DNA of 64,000 nt from Ptychomitrium polyphyllum (lineage: Eukaryota), in NCBI GenBank assembly GCA_973851085.1, contig OZ316775.1:22382001-22446000 (forward strand). The letters run 5' to 3'. The position numbers and the translations under genes are program-made. Shown in pieces: positions 42,121 through 53,939 of this stretch (positions within the stretch are counted from its first letter, which is position 1; each line of letters starts with the position of its first letter). Below the pieces are notes generated by a model, which made no database searches, was not told the origin of the DNA, and was given only the letters and a program-made list of their open reading frames with translations.

Positions 42121-42131
42121 ACTAATAACCG

Positions 42132-45100
42132 TATCAACAGTACTTTGGCAATCCCAAACTGTTCTAAATATGTCCGTTATTCATTTTGCATCCTAGAGTT
42201 ATCCAGTACACCTTGTTTTGAAACCAGAAGAGAGCATAAGAGTTCCAAGTGGTTCATATTTGGAACTTTGAAAAGTTCCAAATCAAATGATTGTCGTGTT
42301 TGACTGTCTCTGCTCACGTCGGTTATGACAGTCCGCTACTCAACACCTTGAAGCCTTGAATCCTCGTGCAACAAACTTGTCTACGCTAAAATGTTCTTTG
42401 AACAACAAATCGGACTTCCACCACATTAATGGATTTTCATACAAGTGGGAAAAGGGCGGAAGAATGACGCTTCAAGAACAACGTTATCGGGGGTGTCATT
42501 TGCAGATGGACCGGCCCTTCGGATGTTTCAACGAACATAACATCCAGGAAGTCATGTAGTAAATTATGGCACTCGACAACATTTTTCCACCCTTTCTAGG
42601 CTTGTAGCTGTGTCAAGAACGAGGAAAGCGATTCCGTGAAGGTGGTTAATTTCGTTCTTGGTATCGTTTATTACTAAACTTTTAGTAAATCCTATAAATT
42701 GTATTTCACTTTTGAGGTTTTAGACTTTTGCTAGTTGCGTCATTCTAATCGTTTCAGAAACGGCACGACGACATAATGCAACTTCAGGGGCTGGCCTCCT
42801 TTCTTATTATCGCTTATATGTTTGCAAGAGAACAGGCAAGCTTAAACATACTTGGCACTCCAGAACTACATCTGACACAAGCTACCAACATCCAACGCTA
42901 CAATGTGGACCATGACGAGGATCACAATTTCCTCAGAAGCAAGCCACGCCCCTGAATCTCACGTTTAGCTGCAAGCTAACATCCATGCTATCTGCGCGCG
43001 CGTAACTGATAACGAGAAGCCTAAGCTGCTTACAAGATAGCCCAGTTCCTGTGAGGAGAACACCGGAGATTGAATCGACCTCCGTTCCCACCCAGTTGCT
43101 ATTGAGTACTGCGTCTGATGCCACACCTCGCCTGCCGCCTGGAACACAGGCCGGCTCATGTCCCTGAAAATAACAGGTAAACAATTAAGATCAGCCCCCA
43201 GCTGAACCTGATTCCAGACATCCACGGCTGGAACGGCAACCGTCACCTCCTAGGTAGGTTATTTTCTTCATCTCACAAAAGCGCGACCAAGCGAAGCGTC
43301 CTTTCTACGGATTTAGAGAAGCTCTACAGTACATACTACGTCTAACATGGATCATGGAAACCAATTAGCAAAGACAGTACGGTAGTACAGGAACGTCGTC
43401 GTACCTCGAGAGAGCTACACCTTCAGTTTAGCGCAGACATGACCAACAAGCTGCACCTTCAAGATATTAAGAAGCCTCACTTTCGCGTAAACGTTGATGG
43501 TGAGTGCGTTGTGTCCACATGCACCGCTAGCGCAGGCGATCTCAAGCTTCGCAACGGCAGTCAGGTTGAGGTTGAGGTTGAGGAGGTTGAGGAGTGCCTG
43601 TACATCAGCTACCAAAACGACATAGGTTTTACCAGCGATCACGATCTTCACATCGTGCAAGATCTGTCCAACAACTGTGACTATGTCCCCGGCTGCGACA
43701 ACGACATTCGCCACAGGGACTCCGACTGAGACCAACGTCGCATTATCCTTGCAGATGTTCACAACGGTGTAATCAGCGTTGGCGCCGGACGCACAGGACC
43801 CCGCCAGCACGGCCACCACCAACAGCAGAGCTGCCACAGAAGACTTCGCAGAGGTGGCCATGATGCTGAGCTGGAGTAGGGATCGATTGAGCAGACGAGT
43901 TCGGACACTAGAACGCAGGAGATGATCGACTGCTCTAAGATGGGAAGTACGAGAGGCGATGGAAGCGGTTGGGCAGTGTGGAGAATTGCACTGGCGTCCC
44001 TCGTATTTGTACTGTCTGGACTGGTAAACTGGTTAGTGGGTGGTGTAATACTAGTGCATCATCGACCTGCGATAAGGTTACCAGTCGCAGGCTTGCAGGG
44101 CGGGCAGGCCAGGTGTAAGGGCGCTTGTCGAGATGAGATCGTGTGCAGCTTGTCATGAATCCATAGATGTGAAAGCGTTGTGGATAAAAGTATGTCAGAT
44201 TGTCAGCTCAATCCGATCATGCAGGCTCGTATCATGATCCCGTTAAGTCTGGGTTAATACAAGGTGCTTAGCCGGGTTCACAACGTAGCAATCTTGTCCA
44301 ATATTCCACATGAGGAGCGCCTGAAAACCACCCAGGTATCGCACCGATATCACCGGAGTACCAGGCTCATATGATCAAAGAGTGGACATAGCTTCCGCAG
44401 ACTTCTTGTCCTGACTTCATCATCTGAGCGGGTGATGTGCGGCGGCTCAACTCGTGACTCGGAGACTACACAGTACAGTGACATGCCTGTCTGAGTATTA
44501 ATGACCGTGCTCAATCTAATCGACGCCGATCGTTGCACGATGTTGGTGGCAGGGTTCCAGCCAGGTACCGGCCATGCAGCGTAGAATTTGGAATCAAGAT
44601 AATCACTTTCAGATCAGGTTGGACGACGTCGAGACTAGACATGTGAGAAACTCTGTAAAGTCAGCTGCAGCGTCTGACCGCCCCTCTGACACCCGAGAAT
44701 CCAGAGAGCAACGACGTTGCCGAAGAAGGCTCGAGGATTCATGCACTTTTTCGTCGATGTGCTGAGGATGACGGCATCCCGGTGGTCGGATGGCAATACC
44801 GTCGTAACGATCAGACATGTCAGCCTCAGTGGGAGCAATCACCGGAGCCGGGCGAAGTGAACAGATCACTATGGTACTGCTACATCGGAAATTTGGTTTG
44901 CTCTGCGCCCCGAATTGGGCTGCGTCAAACAATCAGACACGGTTGATGGGAGTTAGTGCTGCGAGCGGATCGCACTTTTGTAGGAAGGTCGTTTTCGTCA
45001 CTCTGTGACGTAGTGTCGGGTAGATTGTTAAAATTGTAGAGGTTTCTCGGATTTTGGAGCGGAGAATGTGATGAATAGTCCGTTACCATACTGTTTGTGG

Positions 45101-45210
45101 TTTTGACGGAGGTGGAGAGTAATCCGAACGTGGAAGGGATCAGGAAGTCATGAGTATGCCGATGCCCCAAAATGTTCCAGGGATGTTTTGTAGGGATGAA
45201 CTTGCGGTAT
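42132..45210 (-). repeat. Left arm of a ~3.08-kb inverted duplication (partner 50861-53939)
   Basis: Position x pairs with 96071-x, and the ORF track mirrors exactly. The mismatches I noticed are near the outer end (42181/53890, 42206/53865). Confidence 0.97.
43415..43861 (-). CDS. 148-aa secreted hydrophobic Val/Leu-rich protein of unknown family (copy 1)
   Basis: Intronless ATG-TAG ORF with GC-rich codon usage and a good start context (gcatcATGg). Signal peptide MATSAKSSVAALLLVVAVLAGSCASGANA; 4 Cys in the mature part. Confidence 0.85.
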   Translation of the reverse strand: MATSAKSSVAALLLVVAVLAGSCASGANADYTVVNICKDNATLVSVGVPVANVVVAAGDIVTVVGQILHDVKIVIAGKTYVVLVADVQALLNLLNLNLNLTAVAKLEIACASGACGHNALTINVYAKVRLLNILKVQLVGHVCAKLKV

Positions 45211-48200
45211 CTTTGTCATGTTGCCTTAACTTAAATTTCAAGCTTTTATTTTGACTACACTATTTAGGCATTTATATTCTTTAATGACAGAACTCCTACA
45301 AAAAAAATCCGATGAAATACGCTCTTTTCACGGTTCAAGTGAACAAAAATTTTATGTCAATGTTAGTTAGTCTTTATTTAATTTATTCGCTCAATTCTAC
45401 AAAACTTTAGCTTAGAAGCTAAACATGAAGCATCAAGATTATGGATGAGAACAAATAGTACTTGCTCTCTAATTAGCTAATTTGCATTTCAAAGTCGAAG
45501 TGCAAGATATACATGTTATGTATTTATTTTCGTACATTTATGCTGTTAATTGATACATCAATAAACGATTTAAAGCTTGTATAACTTACTTAATATCTAA
45601 ATTATAGAAATAGCTTTCGTTATATTTAATTTTACACTTAAGCCTTAAGATACAATTTTATTTTTGGTATTAATTCAGATAGAATAATGAAACTTCGGAA
45701 GGAAAATATCTCGAAGCAATCGACTTGTCTAGAAGACATAATGATTTATATCAAATTTTCTAAGTAGAATTGTTTAATAGTTCAAGGCAGATTTTCATAA
45801 ATAAACGTAACAAAATTATCAATAGATCTTCTTATATTTACTAAATTAGTGTCATCTCAGAAGAGGATGCAATATAGAATGAGACTTTGGCCATATCTTG
45901 TTTAATTTAAGATTATCATTACATAATGACTGGAAGAATAATTATACAAACTCTTATTTTTTTGAATTATGAAATCAAAACGATTAACATAAAACTAAGT
46001 TAAAAATAAGCCTGATACTTCATTTAGTTTATCAAAACCTATAAATCTTCTGTTTCAACTCTATTATCCTAATTTTTTTGTAGTATGTGTAGATAAACAT
46101 CTTAAAAACTCTTGAAAAGCAATATAATTATTATATATACACGTAATAACTGCTAAGAATAAGATAAAAACTTGAACGCCCAATTTTTATTGGTTAAAAG
46201 GTGTCCTTGCTGTTACATCTGATAAGAAGAGGCTTAACAGGTTGATAGGTATGAGAAATAATTATTTCCCTGTTAATATAGTTTTAATGTTTCACTAAAA
46301 TTACAAATTTTTTCATGTTGTCTTATTTAAAGGGAGCGCACTTACTATAGAAGAAAATATCGTTTCTTCCTTCCATCTTTTACAAAAATCGACAGATGTG
46401 TGAAGACCCTAGATTGTTCTAGAATATTTTTATTTATTCAAACAAAATTAAGTCGTCTGAAATCCGATTACAAAGTAAAATACTAAAAAGCAAAAATTTG
46501 AATTTTTCGAAATTTTATCTTTTTGAGGTGAGACGACACACGTATAATCGTTCTTAGAGAGAAATAAAACTTATCCTTTAAAGTGAGATTTTTAAAGAAA
46601 TGAACGTAAACAAATGCTTGAAGCAAGTTAACTCTTAAATCAATCATTTTTTCTACAGAGCAAACTTTATGTGCCCTAGTTTTAGTCTGTTCAACCACCT
46701 TATTTAAGAAGAAGAAAGTCGTTTAAAAAGATTAAGAACGATTTTGAGGTTTGTTAAATTTAATCGAGAGCAAAATATTCTATTTCAAAAAATACAGTCG
46801 TGATTTTAAAAATATGAACGTTCAAATACTGATGAAAAGTATATTACTCCATCTTACTTCTCAAGAATTTTAGACTAAAATACTTCAAGAGTATCAATAA
46901 ATCTAAAGTCTATAGGTTAGTTCTCTTGATGAGAAAAGTTATAAACTAAGCTTAACGAAAAACTCACAATCAATTATCTAGATAATTACGACTGAGGCAG
47001 TATGATTTATCATTTAATTGAAAGTTTGTCTCTAATTCTATACTTAAAAGTTTACGGTGCATCATAAAGTAGAACGTCAAAAATTCTCATTCTAAATTCA
47101 ATGTTTAATAAAATAACTATATCATCATAATGGATCATTTTACACTTTAGAATTATTGCACGGTGAAGTTGAGTATTGCGCAATCCTAAAGAAATGCTCA
47201 GCTTCATGTTCAGTAAATATTAGATTTTCCTAATTTTTTTACGAGGAAGAGGTTGTATATACAATGTTTGTTATAACAAAATAAATCGTGATGTTACAGG
47301 AGGGTTTTAAGATTCGTCTTGGTCATTAAGTAGTAGTCGTTCTTTGGTCATTTAGATTCAAAAAATTTTAGAATATTAGAAGAAATGAATACTTAAATGT
47401 TAATAGTTTAATTTAGTTTGTCTCTTTATATAAGGATAGGGTTTGTATTAAAGTTATTTTGCCTCAAATTAATTCGGCAACCCCCGACCAAGTTTTTTTT
47501 ATCGAATTAATGCAATAGTCTATATATGTTTTTTGTCATTAATTAATTTCTGGTGTGACTTTTTGCTCTTGATAGTGCATTTTGGTCACATTTTTCATCA
47601 AACTAAGTTTCACAAAGTTTGTATAAATCTGTAGATATACATTTTTATTTGATGTACGGTCTTTTGGCAATAATACAAATATTTTTAAAATTTCTTTTTA
47701 GACTGCACGTAGTAGCTACATACAACATATACGCCGCTATAAAGGCGTTTTAGTATTCAAATAAGGGACTATGGGATTAAGAATTACAGTAAAAATTATA
47801 TATACTTATAATGAAAAACTCAAGTCGAAATTTTAGATTTAATACAGAAATCAAGCCAATAGATTAGTTTAGTTTATTTGAGTTTTTATGTAAATGTGAG
47901 GCAAAAACTCTATTGGCGGCAAAACACAACAGAGAGTTTATAATAGTTATTTTTTTTATAATGATCTTCGATCCTATTATAAATGGCTTCAACTACATTG
48001 AAATATGCATCAGGATAAATAGAGCCTTTGAAAAGACATAAAACGATTAAATTCTCTAAACATTTTTAGTAAAAACGGGACTCATAAAACCAAGAACAAA
48101 AATCAATTATTATCTTTAACGAACCGATATGATTAATGCATACTGATTAGAGTTAGAGTTAGAATCTATTAAAAAATAAATTGAATATATTGATATATTT

Positions 48201-50300
48201 TAATAGTGCGCACATTTTATAAATTTATAATCAGCAACTTTAATTTCAGATAGTCATTTCATAACAACTTTTCATGCGATTTCTAAAGCGAAAAATCGAG
48301 CTCGCAGCTTCTTTCAGACTACAAAATCAAGAACACTTAGATGTTCTAATTATCAATAACGTACCTTTAAAAGATGACAGAAACCAACCAGAGAAAATTA
48401 AAGTAGTAAACAACAAAAGGGTCAAAAAACCTTCCACTCAGAAAAATGAGAGATCTTCCAAGAACATTATAAAAAACTATTGCAGAGCCTTCACCAACTT
48501 TACATTGTCGGATCTGGCTCTACCTTACATAACTCCTATAGCCCAAGAGCTTAGTGTTGATCTTAAAAATTTTCGCGCTTTCATACACCAGAGGAAAGCG
48601 AAGCTTAACTGCATAAAGAGTATGAGAGAAATCCTTATTATAAGTAATGAAACAGAAGATGACTTTACTACATCATGTAAAAAGATTTTTACAGAGATTT
48701 GCGTAATATTTCTGAAATACTTTTCGGTGAACTGGATCTACAGTAGTAAAATTGACAATAAAATAATGCATTTGAAATATCGATTTAAGATTCTTCGAAG
48801 AGTGGAAAATCCGAGCCTCTTTACTTACTTGGAAGACTTTGGAAAGAAGTCAAGTTGTATTGGTGAGGATCAGAGTTTCTAAAAGACTCTGGATGTTATT
48901 GAAATTAATTATTTTCGTTATTTCTTTATAGCTTAATCAATGTCAGTCAGAAGATTAGATTAAATATAATTGGAGCATTCGATGTTTTATACTGTTAATT
49001 CCTATCTAAAAGTTAAAGGAAACACCCGATTTTCTAAGAGGAGATACTTAGGAACTAGTTAAGATTTTTCTTGATTCCAAAGTTTAAATTATTTTTGAAT
49101 TTCCTCTTCTTAGTACATTTCCTCAAAGCCTTAGATTTTAAAATTCCAAGTTCTTTTGTGAATCAGTGCAAAAGTCCCTATGGGCAGGTCAAATTAGAAA
49201 CATTTTGAGACAAAAATATCACAATCTTTGTTAAGCTCCGTTTTGAGATCGAGAGTTGAAAAAAATATATTAATCTAAACTCTATTGTATCGTTTTACCT
49301 CCTGCTGTATGTCCGACTTTGCTGAAGAAAGAAGAAATTTTTAAGTATAACAAAACGTCGCAGGTGCTAGAGAAAATATTTGATTAGTCATTTAAAAACT
49401 TTCCATGTGGAGAAGTTTACTAATCGAGAGCTTTTTGAAGTGATGATCCTTCACAAGTTTATACATACTTAACCTCTAAGTCTTACTTCCTCAGAAGTCC
49501 AGAAAGAACCTCTAATAGAGACGTATTAAGCCTTGAGAAAAAGTTGATGGTTTAATCTTGAAATTATTTTTGTGTTTTTTATGAGGGAAAAAATAAAATC
49601 CAATGTGGAGATATTATGACATGAGTGACAAAATCAAAAGTATTTCCATATCTCTTATTACTAAAAATTATGAAATATCAGGTTGGTTTGAACCTCAGCT
49701 TCAAACTTCTATTCTTTCCTTCTCTCTCAACAGTTATCTGACCTGAATTAAAATTTCCTGGAATGTTCTAGTAGGTTGAATTCGGAGCTTTAAGATGTGT
49801 GCTTCTAATTAAAGCGGCTAAATTTAATTCCTCGGATTAAACTGAAATTATTTTTTCCCATACTTAGAAGATTTCTTTACTGTATGTAGAACAACAAAAA
49901 TGACCTTATCAGCAATCGTTCTTATTTTAACCAAAGCTATGTTATGAATTGTTATTGCTTTATAAATTTAAGGATATAAAAGAATGTTAATATAGATGCG
50001 TCTAGAGTAGCTACCAGAAATTTACATTTGAGGTCTCATGATGAGAGAAAAAAAGAAGAAAAAAAAATTAGATAGTGAACACTATTCTATTAGGTATTTG
50101 CTACTTTCAAACGTATATGCATCTATCCAAAAGAGTCTCTATAACTAAAGAAATCTCTGCTTTTTATTATACAATTTTCGCTTTGCTAAAGGTCGAAACT
50201 TCATGTTTGACAATTAATAGTGCAATAAGAATATGTTTGATGAGTTGGTTTCAAATACTGACAAAATTTTAAGCTTTTTTAAGTGTCAGACATACTTCCA
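45211..50300. other. Compositionally foreign ~5.1-kb segment (AT-rich but CpG-retaining) ending at an assembly gap
   Basis: Sharp junction at 45210/45211. Frequent CG dinucleotides (atacgc, cacgg, aagtcgaag, aaacga...), unlike the other AT-rich blocks. Contains a non-plant-like ORF. Confidence 0.7.
48274..48882 (+). CDS. 202-aa intronless basic protein resembling a ciliate-type uncharacterised family
   Basis: Intact ORF in very AT-rich DNA with an AT-rich leader. The motifs KNIIKNYCRAF and F..ICVIFLKYFSVNWIYSSKIDNK..HLKYRFKILRRVENPSLFTYL recall hypothetical proteins of Tetrahymena/Paramecium-type ciliates (from memory, not searched). Confidence 0.75.
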   Translation: MRFLKRKIELAASFRLQNQEHLDVLIINNVPLKDDRNQPEKIKVVNNKRVKKPSTQKNERSSKNIIKNYCRAFTNFTLSDLALPYITPIAQELSVDLKNFRAFIHQRKAKLNCIKSMREILIISNETEDDFTTSCKKIFTEICVIFLKYFSVNWIYSSKIDNKIMHLKYRFKILRRVENPSLFTYLEDFGKKSSCIGEDQSF

Positions 50301-50400
50301 NNNNNNNNNNNNNNNNNNNNNNNNNNNNNNNNNNNNNNNNNNNNNNNNNNNNNNNNNNNNNNNNNNNNNNNNNNNNNNNNNNNNNNNNNNNNNNNNNNNN
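50301..50400. other. Assembly gap (100 N)
   Basis: Run of exactly 100 n. Confidence 1.
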
Positions 50401-50483
50401 ATCGGAAATTTGGTTTGCTCTGCGCCCCGAATTGGGCTGCGTCAAACAATCAGACACGGTTGATGGGAGTTAGTGCTGCGAGC
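50401..50483 (+). repeat. 83-bp third copy of arm sequence (direct copy of 44884-44966)
   Basis: atcggaaatttggtttgctctgcgccccg...gtgctgcgagc is identical to 44884-44966, then diverges. Confidence 0.95.
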
Positions 50484-50560
50484 TCGGCAGACGTTTTGAA
50501 AAGAGAAGCTACGTGTATCAGATATATATGGTAGAAGATAGATAAGCAGGATTCGTTCTG

Positions 50561-50717
50561 AAATCAAATTTCAGTTCGTCTAATAGTGTCGTAAGTGTTA
50601 TTATCTGGGGTGACGCCATGAGTCCATCTGTAGCTCATCCGGTCAAATTGCACTGGGGATGTTCCAATCCGTGGGGCATTGAATCTGTATTCAGTAAGGT
50701 TCAATCGTACCTACATT
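50561..50717 (+). repeat. ~160-bp diverged dispersed repeat (partner ~55810-55973)
   Basis: Shared blocks aaatcaaat, aatagtgtcgtaa, agctcatcc..tcaaattgca, ttccaatccg and taaggttcaatcgtacctacatt. Confidence 0.85.
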
Positions 50718-50860
50718 GAGAGAGCAAATGCGAAGTTCATTGGATGAATGGCTACAGTAAGGAACAACGGTGAGGCCCTACGGAACAGAATTGATGTGGT
50801 GTAGTCTCATGATGTGCATCGTGGTGTGGGCGGATGTTGATCACGACCAGCGAACAACCT

Positions 50861-53800
50861 ATACCGCAAGTTCATCCCTACAAAACATCCCTGGAACATT
50901 TTGGGGCATCGGCATACTCATGACTTCCTGATCCCTTCCACGTTCGGATTACTCTCCACCTCCGTCAAAACCACAAACAGTATGGTAACGGACTATTCAT
51001 CACATTCTCCGCTCCAAAATCCGAGAAACCTCTACAATTTTAACAATCTACCCGACACTACGTCACAGAGTGACGAAAACGACCTTCCTACAAAAGTGCG
51101 ATCCGCTCGCAGCACTAACTCCCATCAACCGTGTCTGATTGTTTGACGCAGCCCAATTCGGGGCGCAGAGCAAACCAAATTTCCGATGTAGCAGTACCAT
51201 AGTGATCTGTTCACTTCGCCCGGCTCCGGTGATTGCTCCCACTGAGGCTGACATGTCTGATCGTTACGACGGTATTGCCATCCGACCACCGGGATGCCGT
51301 CATCCTCAGCACATCGACGAAAAAGTGCATGAATCCTCGAGCCTTCTTCGGCAACGTCGTTGCTCTCTGGATTCTCGGGTGTCAGAGGGGCGGTCAGACG
51401 CTGCAGCTGACTTTACAGAGTTTCTCACATGTCTAGTCTCGACGTCGTCCAACCTGATCTGAAAGTGATTATCTTGATTCCAAATTCTACGCTGCATGGC
51501 CGGTACCTGGCTGGAACCCTGCCACCAACATCGTGCAACGATCGGCGTCGATTAGATTGAGCACGGTCATTAATACTCAGACAGGCATGTCACTGTACTG
51601 TGTAGTCTCCGAGTCACGAGTTGAGCCGCCGCACATCACCCGCTCAGATGATGAAGTCAGGACAAGAAGTCTGCGGAAGCTATGTCCACTCTTTGATCAT
51701 ATGAGCCTGGTACTCCGGTGATATCGGTGCGATACCTGGGTGGTTTTCAGGCGCTCCTCATGTGGAATATTGGACAAGATTGCTACGTTGTGAACCCGGC
51801 TAAGCACCTTGTATTAACCCAGACTTAACGGGATCATGATACGAGCCTGCATGATCGGATTGAGCTGACAATCTGACATACTTTTATCCACAACGCTTTC
51901 ACATCTATGGATTCATGACAAGCTGCACACGATCTCATCTCGACAAGCGCCCTTACACCTGGCCTGCCCGCCCTGCAAGCCTGCGACTGGTAACCTTATC
52001 GCAGGTCGATGATGCACTAGTATTACACCACCCACTAACCAGTTTACCAGTCCAGACAGTACAAATACGAGGGACGCCAGTGCAATTCTCCACACTGCCC
52101 AACCGCTTCCATCGCCTCTCGTACTTCCCATCTTAGAGCAGTCGATCATCTCCTGCGTTCTAGTGTCCGAACTCGTCTGCTCAATCGATCCCTACTCCAG
52201 CTCAGCATCATGGCCACCTCTGCGAAGTCTTCTGTGGCAGCTCTGCTGTTGGTGGTGGCCGTGCTGGCGGGGTCCTGTGCGTCCGGCGCCAACGCTGATT
52301 ACACCGTTGTGAACATCTGCAAGGATAATGCGACGTTGGTCTCAGTCGGAGTCCCTGTGGCGAATGTCGTTGTCGCAGCCGGGGACATAGTCACAGTTGT
52401 TGGACAGATCTTGCACGATGTGAAGATCGTGATCGCTGGTAAAACCTATGTCGTTTTGGTAGCTGATGTACAGGCACTCCTCAACCTCCTCAACCTCAAC
52501 CTCAACCTGACTGCCGTTGCGAAGCTTGAGATCGCCTGCGCTAGCGGTGCATGTGGACACAACGCACTCACCATCAACGTTTACGCGAAAGTGAGGCTTC
52601 TTAATATCTTGAAGGTGCAGCTTGTTGGTCATGTCTGCGCTAAACTGAAGGTGTAGCTCTCTCGAGGTACGACGACGTTCCTGTACTACCGTACTGTCTT
52701 TGCTAATTGGTTTCCATGATCCATGTTAGACGTAGTATGTACTGTAGAGCTTCTCTAAATCCGTAGAAAGGACGCTTCGCTTGGTCGCGCTTTTGTGAGA
52801 TGAAGAAAATAACCTACCTAGGAGGTGACGGTTGCCGTTCCAGCCGTGGATGTCTGGAATCAGGTTCAGCTGGGGGCTGATCTTAATTGTTTACCTGTTA
52901 TTTTCAGGGACATGAGCCGGCCTGTGTTCCAGGCGGCAGGCGAGGTGTGGCATCAGACGCAGTACTCAATAGCAACTGGGTGGGAACGGAGGTCGATTCA
53001 ATCTCCGGTGTTCTCCTCACAGGAACTGGGCTATCTTGTAAGCAGCTTAGGCTTCTCGTTATCAGTTACGCGCGCGCAGATAGCATGGATGTTAGCTTGC
53101 AGCTAAACGTGAGATTCAGGGGCGTGGCTTGCTTCTGAGGAAATTGTGATCCTCGTCATGGTCCACATTGTAGCGTTGGATGTTGGTAGCTTGTGTCAGA
53201 TGTAGTTCTGGAGTGCCAAGTATGTTTAAGCTTGCCTGTTCTCTTGCAAACATATAAGCGATAATAAGAAAGGAGGCCAGCCCCTGAAGTTGCATTATGT
53301 CGTCGTGCCGTTTCTGAAACGATTAGAATGACGCAACTAGCAAAAGTCTAAAACCTCAAAAGTGAAATACAATTTATAGGATTTACTAAAAGTTTAGTAA
53401 TAAACGATACCAAGAACGAAATTAACCACCTTCACGGAATCGCTTTCCTCGTTCTTGACACAGCTACAAGCCTAGAAAGGGTGGAAAAATGTTGTCGAGT
53501 GCCATAATTTACTACATGACTTCCTGGATGTTATGTTCGTTGAAACATCCGAAGGGCCGGTCCATCTGCAAATGACACCCCCGATAACGTTGTTCTTGAA
53601 GCGTCATTCTTCCGCCCTTTTCCCACTTGTATGAAAATCCATTAATGTGGTGGAAGTCCGATTTGTTGTTCAAAGAACATTTTAGCGTAGACAAGTTTGT
53701 TGCACGAGGATTCAAGGCTTCAAGGTGTTGAGTAGCGGACTGTCATAACCGACGTGAGCAGAGACAGTCAAACACGACAATCATTTGATTTGGAACTTTT

Positions 53801-53939
53801 CAAAGTTCCAAATATGAACCACTTGGAACTCTTATGCTCTCTTCTGGTTTCAAAACAAGGTGTATTGGATAACTCTAGGATGCAAAATGTATAACGGACA
53901 TATTTAGAACAGTTTGGGATTGCCAAAGTACTGTTGATA
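50861..53939 (+). repeat. Right arm of the ~3.08-kb inverted duplication
   Basis: Reverse complement of 42132-45210. Confidence 0.97.
52210..52656 (+). CDS. 148-aa secreted hydrophobic Val/Leu-rich protein of unknown family (copy 2, identical protein)
   Basis: Translation identical to 43415-43861. Confidence 0.85.
   Translation: MATSAKSSVAALLLVVAVLAGSCASGANADYTVVNICKDNATLVSVGVPVANVVVAAGDIVTVVGQILHDVKIVIAGKTYVVLVADVQALLNLLNLNLNLTAVAKLEIACASGACGHNALTINVYAKVRLLNILKVQLVGHVCAKLKV

Noticed and set aside
42933..45170. Other mirrored short ORFs in the inverted arms
   Set aside because: Overlapping frames in GC-richer flanking DNA with no motifs; mirrored only because of the duplication.
48880..49100. 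Read-through of the 202-aa ORF under the ciliate UAR=Gln code
   Set aside because: None of the 7 internal Gln codons is TAA/TAG, and the downstream translation is not protein-like.
42132..53939. Autonomous giant TIR transposon or Polinton/viral element
   Set aside because: No transposase, integrase, polymerase or capsid motifs, no target-site duplication, and the arms contain an ordinary-looking host gene.
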